Shown: positions 45,801 through 62,788 of the stretch, one piece after another
Numbering within the stretch: position 1 is the stretch's first letter
How the letters are laid out: each line of letters opens with the position of its first letter
Made by a program: the position numbers and the translations under genes
Notes under the pieces: generated by a model
The model's database searches: none
Told to the model about the DNA's origin: nothing
Seen by the model: only the letters and a program-made list of their open reading frames with translations
Assembly: GCF_048593235.1 (NCBI RefSeq)
Contig: NC_133617.1
Coordinates: 627,544,958 to 627,608,957 of the forward strand
Direction: 5' to 3'
Source: Sminthopsis crassicaudata
Taxonomy: Eukaryota
Length of the DNA: 64,000 bases

Positions 45801-46551
45801 ATGAAATGTCACAAAGATTCTTTTCTCCCCCATTACCTGTTTCACTTCTAATTTTTCCTATTTGATTTGCTAGTGCAAAATCTTTTTTTATTTTATATCA
45901 TGTGTGATCTTTATCACTTGTTTAATTATAAACTTTCCCCTTATCCATAAATCCAAAAGATAATGTATTCCTTGCTCCTCAAGTTTGTGATTGAATTTTA
46001 ATTTAAATCATGCATCTATTTGGAACTTATCTCCATGTCTGGTGTTGGTCTAATTTCTGCAAGTCTGCTGTCCAATTTTCCTAGCAATTTTTGTCAGATT
46101 CTTACCCTAGTAGCTGGGGTCTTTGGGTTTACGAACCTAAATATTGTGTTTCATATATGCTATTGTAGCGGCAGTGGAAACAGCACCAGGCCTGGAATCA
46201 GGAAACCCTGAGTTCAAATCCCAGTCACTTATTTAGCGACAAACTTATTAGTTGTGTGACCCTGGACACTAATTTACTCTTGTTTGCCTCAGTTTCCTCA
46301 TGTATAAAATTAGTAAAAAAGGAAAAGGCAAAATATTTCCATATCTTTGCCAAGAATATCTCAACTGGGGTTACAACTGAAAAGACTGAACAATTAAATT
46401 ATTTAGATCTGTATTTTTGCAAAAAAATGTTTTCTAGTTAGATTCATATAGTTCCTGAGTGAATCTTGATATATATACCTCTAAATATTGTATACCTTCC
46501 ATGGTTATTTTGAATAGAATCTGCCTGTCCAGCTTCGTTTTATGGGTTTCT

Positions 46552-46552
<1 letters not shown>

Positions 46553-46600
<48 letters not shown>
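46553..46600. repeat. (GT)24 microsatellite
   Basis: 48-bp perfect run. Confidence 0.98.
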
Positions 46601-46603
<3 letters not shown>

Positions 46604-47192
46604 GTTCATTATTTAGATCAATTTATCTTCCGATCTTGCATAGGAAAGCTCATAATTTAGATCAATTTATCTTCCATCTTGCAACTTTGCCAAAGTTATT
46701 TTAATTGATTTTTTAAGTGATACCCTGGAGTTATCTAAGTAAAGCATCATATCATCAACAAAGAATGATCGTTTTGTTTCCTTTTTTGCCTGTGCTTATT
46801 TATCTATTTGCTTCACTTTACAGATGAGGAAATTGAGGCTCAAAGAATGGAAGGCCATGCAGTAAATGGTAGAACTGGAACATCACAGGTCTTCTGCTCT
46901 AACCCAGTGTTATTTCTATCACATTATGTAGTTTCCTTTTACAGTCAATTAGGTCCTTGTACAAAGTTCTAGATTTAGGAGGACTGGGCTACTTCTGTAT
47001 TACCATCAATGGCTCGGGGGTGGTCCTTGTTATGTCAGCAATCTGTGTGACTCCCCCTGTGAGCATCATATGCTCAGTCATTGGAAAAACCTCAGAGGGC
47101 AACCACTTGTGCAAGAAGTTTTTACTGAGCATCTCTGACAAGTAGTTTACCTCTACTTGAATAATTCTAGGGAAGAGATACTCATTATCTCT

Positions 47193-47746
47193 CTTTTTTT
47201 TTTTTAAATAAAATCAATGTGTTTATTAATTTTTTTTAATTCATTTTTCCAAATTATCCCCTCCCTCCCTTCACTCCCTCCCCCCGATGGCAGGTAATCC
47301 CATAAATTTTACATGTGTTACAATATAACCTAGATACAATATATGTGTGTAAATACCATTTTCTTGTTGCACATTAATTATTAGCTTCTGAAGGTATAAG
47401 TAACCTGGGTAGATAGACAGTAGTGCTAACAATTTACATTCACTTCCCAGTGTTCCTTCTCTGGGTGTAGCTGTTTCTGTCCATCATTGATCAACTGGAA
47501 GTGAGTTGGATCTTCTTTATGTTGAAGATATCCACTTCCATCAGAATACCTCTTCATACAGCATTGAAGTGTACAGCGATCTTCTGGTTCTATTCATTTC
47601 ACTCAGCATCAGTTGATGTAAGTCTCTCCAAGCCTCTCTGTATTCCTCCTGCTGGTCATTTCTTACAGAACAATAATATTCCATAACCTTCATATACCAT
47701 AATTTACCCAACCATTCTCCAATTGATGGACATCCATTCATCTTCC
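47193..47746 (-). mobile_element. Young 5'-truncated L1 with an exact 17-bp TSD
   Basis: TSD agatactcattatctct at 47176-47192 and 47747-47763; T-run at the left end. Confidence 0.92.
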
Positions 47747-48810
47747 AGATACTCATTATCTCTTATGAGATAGTCTATTTGTTCTAACTTGGATTAGCTC
47801 TATTGTAAGAAAGATGTCCTTCACATTAAGCCAATCAGCCTTTCCAAAGAGGACCTTAGTTTGAATTTTTATTTTACTACCTAGGTGACCTTGTGTTGGT
47901 TACTCCCTCTTTGGACCTGTTTCCTCATCTATGAAAATGAAGGAGTTGGACGAGATATCTAATGTTTCCTTTCAGATCTAAAACCCATGATCCCATGAAC
48001 TTCTTCCACCTGATTCTGCCCTCTACAGTGACATGGGGGATATGATGTGTATATATCCTAATTCCTCTTCATAACCATTTTGTTTTCTCCATAAGTTTTT
48101 TTCTTTTCCAGATGAAATATTCCTAGTTCCTTTTTCTAAACTTCTCCCATTCTTAGTAACTTTTCTCTAGAAAGTGTGTCACTGTCCCTTCTAACAAGTC
48201 CTATTGCCATGGAGCTTGCCTTATACTGTGAAGATGCCCCCAGTTAGCAATTACATCACACAATTTATTTATTGAACTTAAAAATCCCCACATGTTTTTC
48301 TTGTCAACATTTGACCATCCAGGTCTCTGCTATTCTGTATTTGTTCTGAGGCACCAGTCACTATAGACAGGTAATGAAGAAGAGAACTGAAGAAAGGCAC
48401 TTCAGTTTAATCCAGTTTTAACATAGAAATTATCAGATAAAGAAGAATCATGTTGAATGTATAAATATGAGTATGAAACTGAACTGCCTACTCTTAAAGA
48501 TAGGCTTCAGCAAAAATCTCTTCTGAGACTACTGATCTAGAGAAAATGGAGTGGAGTGCCGCAGGAGTGATTTGTATTCCTGATAGTGATGAAGTGTCTC
48601 AATGAGGGGTAGTATTATTGTAACTTTAGTATCTCTTTGCATAAAAGCTCTAATGTTTGTCAGAAATGTCTAACACATCTGAGAGGGAGCTGGGGCCTCT
48701 GGAAGCTCAAAAATCAAAACTGTTTCAGCTTTCTTCAAAAGTTCAGGAGCCTCTTCTTTCTCCTTAAAATATTTTTTCAATCAGTTAACAAATATTAAGA
48801 ATTTAGTGTG

Positions 48811-49700
48811 TCACCTTTCAAATTGGCTAAGATGACAGGAAAAGATGACTGTTGGAGGGGATGTGGGAAAACTAGGACACTGATACATTGTTGGTGGAGT
48901 TGTGAACTGATGCAACCATTCTGAAGAGCAATTTGGAACTATGTTCAAAGGGCTAACAAACTATGCATATCCTTTGATCCAGCCCTGTCTCCCCTAAGCT
49001 TGTATTTTAAAGAGATCATAAAAAAGGGAAAAGTACTCACACAAGCAAAAATGTTTGTAGTAGCCCTTTTTGCAGTGGATGCCCATCAGCTAGAGAACGG
49101 CTGCATAAGTTATAGTATATGAATATTACAGAATATTATTGTTCTATAAGAAACAATCAGCAGAATGATTTCAGAGAGGCCTTAGGAGACTTACATGAAT
49201 TGATACTAAGTGAAGTGAATAGAACCAAGAGAACATTGTACACGGCAACAACAGGATTGTATGACGATCAATTCTGATGGATGTGGCTCTTTCCAACAAT
49301 GAGGAGATTTAGGCCAGTTCCAATAGTTTCGTGATGGAAAAAGCCATCTGCATCCAGAGAGAGGACTATGGAAACTGAATGTGGATCATAACATGGTATT
49401 TCTACTTTTGTTGTTTGCTTGCATTTTTTTCCTTTTTGATCTGATATTTCTTGTATAGTATGATAACTGTGGTAATGTGTGGGAGTTATACATGTTTAAC
49501 ATATTGGATTACTTGCTATCTAGGGGAGGGGTGGCAGAAAAGAGAGGAAATTCGAACATAAGGTTTGTCAAGGGTCAATAGCGAAAAATTATCTTTGCAT
49601 ATGGTTTGAAAATAAAAAACTTCAATAAAAATTATCAGAAAATAAAAAGAGTTAAATAATCTTAAATAAGAATAAAAAATAAGAGACTGAAAAAAATGAT
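48811..49700 (+). mobile_element. L1 ORF2 end plus 3' UTR
   Basis: aaattggctaagatgacagg...ggagttgtgaactgatgcaaccattctgaagagcaatttgg...aaaataaaaaac. Confidence 0.88.
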
Positions 49701-50439
49701 TTAGTATATACAAGATTCCCAATCTATCCCTTTCCAAAGTGAGTTTGAAACTAGTTGTCTTCTATTCCTTGGCAATTCAGTAATAAAGACTTAGAAATTT
49801 GGTATTTTGACTACTAGTCCAGAATGCTTTTAACTATACAAAACCTTAAGAACCTAGTAAGACCCTAGGTTAGGAGAGTGGTGGCATTTTTGAGAACTCT
49901 ATTGCAAAGGAAGCAAAAAAGGGTTTGAAGAGTCTCCTTTTCATATCTGGGACAGAATAGGTCTGTTAGGAGACTCCTGACACTACCAATAACAGGTAAC
50001 TTATTGTTTAGGGAATCAAATGTGGGGTCGTGGAGAGGAAGAGAAGAGAGAAAAGAGCTCCATGCATCTGGACATTAAAATACATGAAACTGGGAGGCAG
50101 CGTGACTGGTGAAGTAGAACGAGCCCTGGATTTGCAAAATACTTGAATCTAAATTCAAATCCTGGTTCATGTCCTTGCAAAAGCTTTAGATAAGTCAGCC
50201 AACATCTCTGAGCCTCAGTTTCCCCAAAGGTAAAATGAGAGGATCCCTCGAAGTCCTTCAAGCCCCGGACAGAGGATCATTTGTAATAGGACTAAGCATC
50301 CCTCACCAACCCCACCAAAAAGGAGCTGCCCTATCAGCCGCAGCCCTGCCCCTGGGAGAGCTCGCCACTTCTGCCTCCGCTCTCCAGAGCTCACCAGAAG
50401 ACTGGTGAACTTTGCTTGGGGAAGGGAGACCTAAAGACA

Positions 50440-50660
50440 GTTAAAGGAAGGGGAGTGGGCGTGTCTCACCGAATAGCCCTGCCCCTTTCCCTCCCCAAAG
50501 GGGTGCTGCCGCTCTTAAAGGGGCCGGACTAAGCCGTCTGCTTCTCATTCATTGTCTTGACAGGAGCATCCTTTGCCGGGCGGGTGGTGTCTCCCAGGCT
50601 CCGGCTTCAGCTCCTTCTTCCTCATCAGGCCTGGCCTCCTTGCATCTCAGTTTGCTTCAG
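50440..50660 (+). promoter_or_regulatory. CORO1A: CORO1A promoter and non-coding exon 1
   Basis: GC box gtgggcgtg; cattgtcttgacaggagcatc resembles the recalled human mRNA 5' end; donor CAG|GTGAG at 50660/50661; next exon accepted at 52628. Confidence 0.7.
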
Positions 50661-52601
50661 GTGAGCTTAAGGGACTTAGGGAGAAGAGGGGGATGCAGCA
50701 CCGGGGAGGCTCGAAGGCTCCGGGAACCCACCCTCCTCTCAGCCACCTGTGGGTGTGGGTTTGAGTGTGGGAGAAACGTAGGCTGTGGGGATAGAGATGT
50801 CAGAGTTAGCTCCCCACCCCAAGTATCTGTGTGCCTCTCCTAGGGCTGACTATTTCTGTATCTGTGTGGGTGGGGTGTCTTAACAGCATTCATTGCCAGC
50901 CCCGGATCACTGTAGAGGTCGAGTTGGGGGGATGGGAAGGGAGGAGCTTGTGGGTGAGAATCTGACTTCCATCCCCACCCCCACCCCCTCACATCTCCCC
51001 TGGAGGAGTCCGAGGGAGCAGGCCTGAGAACAAATGCCCCAGAGCATGGGAGGTGTTGGGCAGAGGCTTGGAAGGCAGAAGGAAAGCTCCAAACTGGGAG
51101 ACAGGAAGAGGTTTCAGAGAAAAACAAGAAAACTCTTAAGTTCCCCTTTCTGTGGTTTCTGGGCCCTACAGGGTACCTGGGGTGGGAAGGGGGACTGGGT
51201 GGGGCAGCAGCTTCCTGCTCTTCCTGCCCCCACCAAAAAAACCCCGTCAAATCAATCTAGGCAGGTTCAGGTCAGGAGCTTGCCTCCCCTAAGCCAGAGA
51301 CAGACAATTAGGGTCCTCTGCCCTATGAATCAGGGGGATAGGTGGGAAAGGGGTCAAGATCCCTGGCAGCGGCAGGCTTTGTGCCCTTCCACCCACAGCT
51401 CCCCTACTCTTAGAGGGGCACACAACCTGTTGCCCCCGCTGCCTACAACCCAGCATGTACTCTGGTTCTTCTAGCTCAGGCCTAGAATTCTCAACTTCCC
51501 TCCCAGTGGGGCCTAATTTTCTAAAGCAAGGCATCTCAGGAAGAGGATGGAGGAGCAAGAGCAGGACCATTGAGGGGTGGAGATCTAGCATCATGGGGCA
51601 CGTGGGCTTTAAGGAGAGAAGCCTCTATGTTCCCTCTAGACTGAGCAGGTGGTATAAGGATTTGGTGGATGAGGGGGATGGTTGGAGCACCAGGCTCTGG
51701 GGGAGTTCTCAGCTTTTGCTGATGCTGAACCTTGTCTGATCCAGAGATGGAGGAACCTATCACAGCGTGGGAGGGTCAAAAACAAGTGTCAGCTATAAAT
51801 GCAGCTTGGCCTCTCCTTCATGTCTAGCCTTCATGGCCTCATGGGGAGATACCAGCATCCTCTGAGCCTCTAGTCTCTAGGGGACCAGGAGAAGGGCATA
51901 GCAACACAAAGGAGACCATGTCTAGAAACCTGTCTGCTGGGAAGGGAAGAGGACTTGCAAAGGGTATCCCCACTATTCCCTGGCAATGGCTGTTCACTCC
52001 AGTCCACAGATCATCTATGTTTGTGCAGGGAGTTTTGTACTAGGTGCTGAGGGATGGAAAGATGCAGGAATATGAAACTATTTTTGCTTCATGCATGCTA
52101 GTCGTTAGGAAAATAAGACACGAAAAGATAACAAATGCCAGATGATACATAAATGCCAGTCAAGTAGCACAGACAGCAACATGCCGTAGGAGTTGAGGAA
52201 GGAGAAATCACTGTGTCCATGTGTGCAGATGGAGCATGGAAATCTCAGGCAAAGGGACAGCACTAGTACGCATGGGCATAACATAGCCCAGGGTTTCTGC
52301 AGTGTGGAATGTATATAGGAAAGTCATGGGAAATAAAAGCTCATGGAAGGCTTTAAATATCAGGACAATGAATTTGGACTTGATTCAGTACTCGAGGGAA
52401 TTGTTGGTTTCTGAATAAAGGTAGTAATAAAGGGGAGGTAACAGAATCAATGCCATGACTATAGGGAATTCAGAACTGAAGTGGGAGCATGGTTTGGAAG
52501 AAGAAAGATGGAACCAGAAATCAGTTAGGAGGTTGCTCTTTTAATTCATTTTCTGCGACAGGAGCTGGGAAAAGGTGGGAAGCTGACAGGACTTCCTTTG
52601 A

Positions 52602-57763
<5,162 letters not shown>

Positions 57764-57907
57764 CTTGGCCCCAGTACCTGAGATCTGACTGGGCCCTGCC
57801 TCATGAGCAGAAGTCACTGGTTGAATTAAGCCCATGAGGATGCCCTTCCACCCCCATTCCATATCCCCACATCTTACAGGAAGGAGTGGATCTTGCAAGC
57901 AAAGAAA

Positions 57908-57913
57908 AATAAA
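57908..57913 (+). terminator. CORO1A poly(A) signal
   Basis: AATAAA 145 nt after the stop. Confidence 0.8.
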
Positions 57914-58879
57914 ATGGTTTTATTTTCTGGTACCTCCTAGACTCTACTAACTCAAGCCCTTCAAAGATCTCTGTGGCTCTCTAGATGGAAGTTGGGATGT
58001 CTCAACATTGGAAAATGTTGGGCATCTTTGCAAAATAAGATGGGGAGACTGTGGGCATGGTCAAAACACAAAAGCCAACATTCAACTTTCACAGCTTAAA
58101 AAGCAGATTAGATTTCAGCACCCATACCTTAAAGTTTTGAGTATACAAGTCAACTACTGGGCAAGCCAGAAATTAAAGTTTCACCCCAATCCTTCCCATA
58201 AGTCTCTGCCCAAGTCACATATGACTATTTCAAGAAGGAAAGCAATGTTTAATGACCTTTTAAATAATTGTGTAGTCTTAAAGTGTCATAAGGAGAACCA
58301 TAGGCCTGAAATAAAATCTGGCCCAATTCCTTATTTTAGAGATGGAACAGATAAAAATCAGAGGGATAGCATATAAATTATGGTCACTTAGTAGCAGAGA
58401 CAGGATAGAAGCCAGGTGTCTTGATTCTTAAAACTCAAAACTTTTCAGCTACACCATGCAATCAGGATCAATCCATTAGAGGGCTGATGTAAAACTAACC
58501 TCCTTTACCCATTCCCTGATTCTATATAGCACCCACCTCCAGCTCTCTGGTTAACAAATACCCCTTTTTCTGACTTCAGTGACTTTCAAAGTGGTCACTC
58601 TAAGAGGTCATATCCCTATTCTAATAACACTACTGCACAAGGCATTTATGAAAATTCTTCTTGAGAACTGCCTTTAGGCCCAAGAATATTCTTGTGGCTC
58701 TTTTCAGTGGAGGTAAATCTTAGGTTCTGAAGGTGGGTTCATTTCTGGGAAGTCCTGAGTCATTCAGAGTCATAGCTCATGAACAAGGAAGGTGGGCAGG
58801 AGGTTGAAGGAATTCTATTTTTGGTTAGAAATGAAAAGCCACAATAAATAAAATACTGTGGAGTATAAAAATCACAGCA

Positions 58880-59600
58880 GTTTTCTGAGAGATCACAGAA
58901 TCTCAAAGGTTTGAAGGGGTGTTAAGCTCATCTAGTATAGCCCCTACCAGACAGGAATCTGCTCTCTAACACAAACTGGCAAATGACCACCTAGTCTTTT
59001 CTTTGTGTGAAGAACTCTAGAAGGGAAGCACTGCCTCCTAAGGCAGCCCATTCCACTTCTGAATAGCCCCAAATGTTAAGAAATTTGTTCTGACCTCAAG
59101 CCTAAATATACCTCTCTTCAATTGAGGCCTCTAGGACTACAAACAAATCTGATAAGACTTCCTTAACACTATTTCAAATACTTGAAGACAGCTACCCATC
59201 CTCATCTCCTGTCCCCCTCTCTCCAACACCCACCTTTTTCTCAAGCAGGTTATCTTAATTTCCTTCAACCGATTCTCAGAGCATGGATTCAAGAGCCTTC
59301 ACCATGCAAGTTGAACTTCTGCTATTGACTAGCCCATTTTTCTACATCTTGTCCATAAGATGTCTCATGGGAGACTTTTAAAATGCTTTGTTAAAGACTT
59401 ACGTAAATTGTTCACAGCATTTCTGTGAACTATCAGTCTAGTAAGCTTGACAAAATAGGAAATAAGGTTAGTCTGGCATGGCCGAGCCATGCTGGCTCCT
59501 TGTGATAAGTTTTCTTTTATAGATATTTACTAGCTATCCCTATAATAATGAATTTTAGAATTTCTCCAGGAATCAAAATCAAGGTGAATGGCTTATGTCA
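58880..59600 (-). mobile_element. L3/CR1 LINE remnants
   Basis: gatcacagaatc...ggcagcccattccacttctg...; ggttagtctggcatg; ttttagaatttctccaggaatc. Confidence 0.6.
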
Positions 59601-60910
59601 CACACACACGATTTTGAGAAACATTGCTTATAAAATGACATTTGGATTAGAGGACTTCAATCTTTCTGACATTTTAGCAGGCTAAGAACATGTATTACCT
59701 CCCAAAAGGACTGACTTGAAAAATAATATGTTGGGGTCTGGGCTGACTATCAAACAATTAGTCTTACATTCAATAAACACTGGGTATTTGAAAACTTTTG
59801 TCATAAGGTAACATACTAAGAGTCCTGTTAGGGACTCATCACAAATCTCAAGAAGAATGGATCAGCTCATACCACAGCTGTTCCCAGGACCTGGCACAGA
59901 GCAACTAAATACTTAGTTTGTTCTATTCCTATTACCATCAATCAGTTGGCAATAACATGGGGCCCCTGGAGAAAGCACAGAGGCTCTGAAATCAAGAGAA
60001 CTTGAGTGTGAAGTCCGGTGCTACATCAGCATGTGACTTCAGAGAGTTCACCACACTTTCATCATGCCTTGAGTTTCCTTCTCTATATAATGCACTAGAT
60101 AACCTCTAAAGTACCTTCCTCCTGGCCCCCCCCCAATCTATTTCTAAACTTGGTGATACACAGCATATTCTTTTCCAGCTGTCAGAAGTCTTCTAGAAAG
60201 AGCAGGGGTAGTGGATCGCTATATCCAAAAACTGTTTAAAAAACCCAAGTGGTAATAACAGTTAACACTTATAAAACTTTTTTAAGTTACAAAATGTTTT
60301 ATATATTACTTCATTTGATCCTCACAACCACTTTTCCAAGGTACTATCAACCCCATTTTACAGATGAGGTCACTGAGGGTAAGGGGAGGTCAAATGATCT
60401 GCCCAGGAAGCCAGGTCTTTCTGACTCGAACAACAGTGCCCTGTACCACACTGCTTGCTGGTTCAATCAGGAGCTTTCCTTGTCCCCGGATCATTCAGAA
60501 AATCTTTTCTTTTCAATCTTAGTTTTAACTATTATCTTTTATTTTTACATTACTTTTGTTTCCAAAGATTAAAAAAAGTTAGGGAGGGGAGAGGAAGAGA
60601 AAAAAGCAGTATAACAAAACTAAACCAACACAGCAAAGTAATCTACTTTCTCTTGGGGGGGCGCGGAAAGACAAGCCTGCTTGTTATTGACATGACTGGA
60701 GTATTTTTGGGGAACACTTTTTCCTATCATATGCGAATGAAACTTGTGGGCCTGGGAATGCTTTAGCACCTAAGAAGGTGCCCATGGAATAGTAGGATGA
60801 TACCTGGATAAGTAGAACTTAGCAGGAACTTCTTTTTCAGATGGCAGTATTGGGGGCAAAGGAAAGTCTGTGCAGAGTCAGACCACCTGGGTTCTCTTCA
60901 TGGCTCTATT

Positions 60911-61035
60911 TTTTCCCCTGAGGCAAATGGGGTTAAATGACTTGCCCAGGGTCACAGTTAGGTAGCATTAAGTGTCTGAGGTCAAATTTGAACTCAGGTC
61001 CTCCTGACTTCAGGACTGATGCTCTGTCCACTGTG
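60911..61035 (-). mobile_element. WSINE1-like SINE, slightly 5'-truncated
   Basis: 17-bp TSD ctcttcatgg(c/t)tctatt at 60894-60910 and 61036-61052. Confidence 0.88.
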
Positions 61036-61726
61036 CTCTTCATGGTTCTATTAACCTGATTCATGATGCACCCTTCTTATCCGCCCCCCCCAAATTATTC
61101 CCTCTCGCTAGGTTGACTTCCTCTTTAAATAAAGCTTTCCATTTTCACATGTTATGCACAATTCAAAGTCACTGCATAAAAAAGCCTCCTCCCTCCATCT
61201 CTCCAGGATCAAAAGGAGAAATTTCCAGGCCCTTAGTTCTCAGAAATGTCACCACAATAAGAAACCAACCGTGTGACTTCAGGAGTAAAAGGAACTTCCC
61301 TTGAGAGTCTTCTGCCTCCTAGACAGCTGGGAAACCCCGGTGAGGGGTTATTTCTCCATGCACCTCTTAGGAACTCAAACTTGAGGAAATCAACCAATAA
61401 GGAGCTGGGCAGGGGGGAATTCCCTGCCCAGTGCTCGGCAGGGGAACATAGATGACTCCTCAGTAGCAACGTGGAAAGCCCCGAAACACGCTCCCCCGGC
61501 GGCCCTTGGCTGGGACCCCCGAGAAGGGGCTAACCTTGCGCCTGGCCTTAGACTCACAGAATCACAGGCCCCGGGGCCCCTCCGTGGAGGCCCGGCACTC
61601 TCCTCACACCTGAGAGGCTCGGAGAGGGAAGGGCCACCAGCCAGGCCTCCACCCGCAGCAAGCCACAGAGGGACGCAGACGCATGAACGCTTGCAGGGAA
61701 CATAGGGCCGAGCCACAGACCAAAGG

Positions 61727-61732
61727 TTTAAT
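61727..61732 (-). terminator. BOLA2 poly(A) signal (ATTAAA)
   Basis: tttaat on +, ~42 nt after the stop. Confidence 0.6.
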
Positions 61733-61773
61733 GGCTTCAGTGGGGGTGGAAGTCTCCCGCCCTGCTCAGCGCC

Positions 61774-62055
61774 TCACTTCTGCCGCTCCTTGTCCCACTG
61801 CTCCGGGGTCAGGGTCTTCTGCTCGAACGCGTGGATGTGGGGCAGCTCTTCCGCCAGGCACGAGTTCACCAGCCTGAGGGAAGAGAAGGTGAGGTCAGGG
61901 GTCTTTGCGCCGGGGAATGGGGGGAAGGGAGAGAAAGGCTGCTCACACTCACCTGTGTCTCTGCAGCAGCGGCTTTCCCTGGAACTTGGAGGAGACCACT
62001 AGAACTCGGAAACTAGAGGCGCAGCGGGAGGGAGTCGTGTCCTCCACCTCCTGCG

Positions 62056-62086
<31 letters not shown>

Positions 62087-62246
62087 AAAAGGGTATTCCT
62101 CCCTCGGGCCCCGGTGCTCCACTCCCACCACCCCAAGCCTCCAGCTACGCGGGCCCGCTCCCCCGGCCTCGCCCCGCACTTACCACGTGGTCCGCTTCCA
62201 ACTCCCGCAGAAGCTTCTCCCGGAGAGACTCAGCACTCAGCTCCAT
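61774..62246 (-). CDS. BOLA2: BolA-like protein 2, 86 aa, 3 exons
   Basis: Exons 62246-62184, 62050-61953, 61873-61774 (261 nt). MELSAESLREKL...RCASSFRVLVVSSKFQGKPLLQRHRLVN...HIHAFEQKTLTPEQW. Confidence 0.97.
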
Positions 62247-62788
62247 CTCGGCCGTCGAGTCCCAGGCCGGTCCCAGGACCCTAAGCCGGGGCCTCTTCCG
62301 CCCACACTGTCGCCACTTCCGGGAGATGCCTTCCAACGAACAACTTCCGCCCTTAAGTTTTCCTTCACGCTTTGTCTGCTCAGTCCCGCACCGGTAATTT
62401 CCGCCCTTAAAAAGCCTTTCATGTCGCCCCAGTTTCGTGTTCGTCATTTCCGCCCTCCTATTACACCCCACCTCGGACCCGCCATCCCGCCATCATCATC
62501 AGCCAATCGGAGCCTGCGTCTGGCACACCGGAAGTTCCGGTACTGACCTTTCCTGGAGGTGGACCTTTGAGAAAAGCCACCCTCTCCCTCCCCCCGCCTG
62601 TATTCTCTGGCCCTGTTTTTTCACATCACGATCATAGTCTGTGGGGGTTCCTCTGCCCCGTGCCTTAGGCATGTGCCGGCCCCCATAAACAAAGTACCCG
62701 TCTGGGTCCGAAGCTTCAAGCACCACGCGGTGATACTATTTCTCCACTCCGGAACGCCGCTGGTCCTTCCCCCTTCCTGCAGGGAGCC
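62247..62788. promoter_or_regulatory. BOLA2/SLX1 bidirectional promoter
   Basis: ATGs 543 bp apart head-to-head; palindromic double ETS site ACCGGAAGTTCCGGT 62527-62541; CACTTCCGG near 62314; CCAAT near 62503; three TTCCGCCCT motifs. Confidence 0.8.

Noticed and set aside
46601-46683. ~40-bp direct tandem duplication after the (GT)n
   Set aside because: Simple local duplication beside a microsatellite with no functional signature.
48370-48770. Coding-like composition with fragments such as YEYETELPTLKDRLQQK and VICIPDSDE
   Set aside because: Many stops and frameshifts in all frames, and I cannot identify a parent gene.
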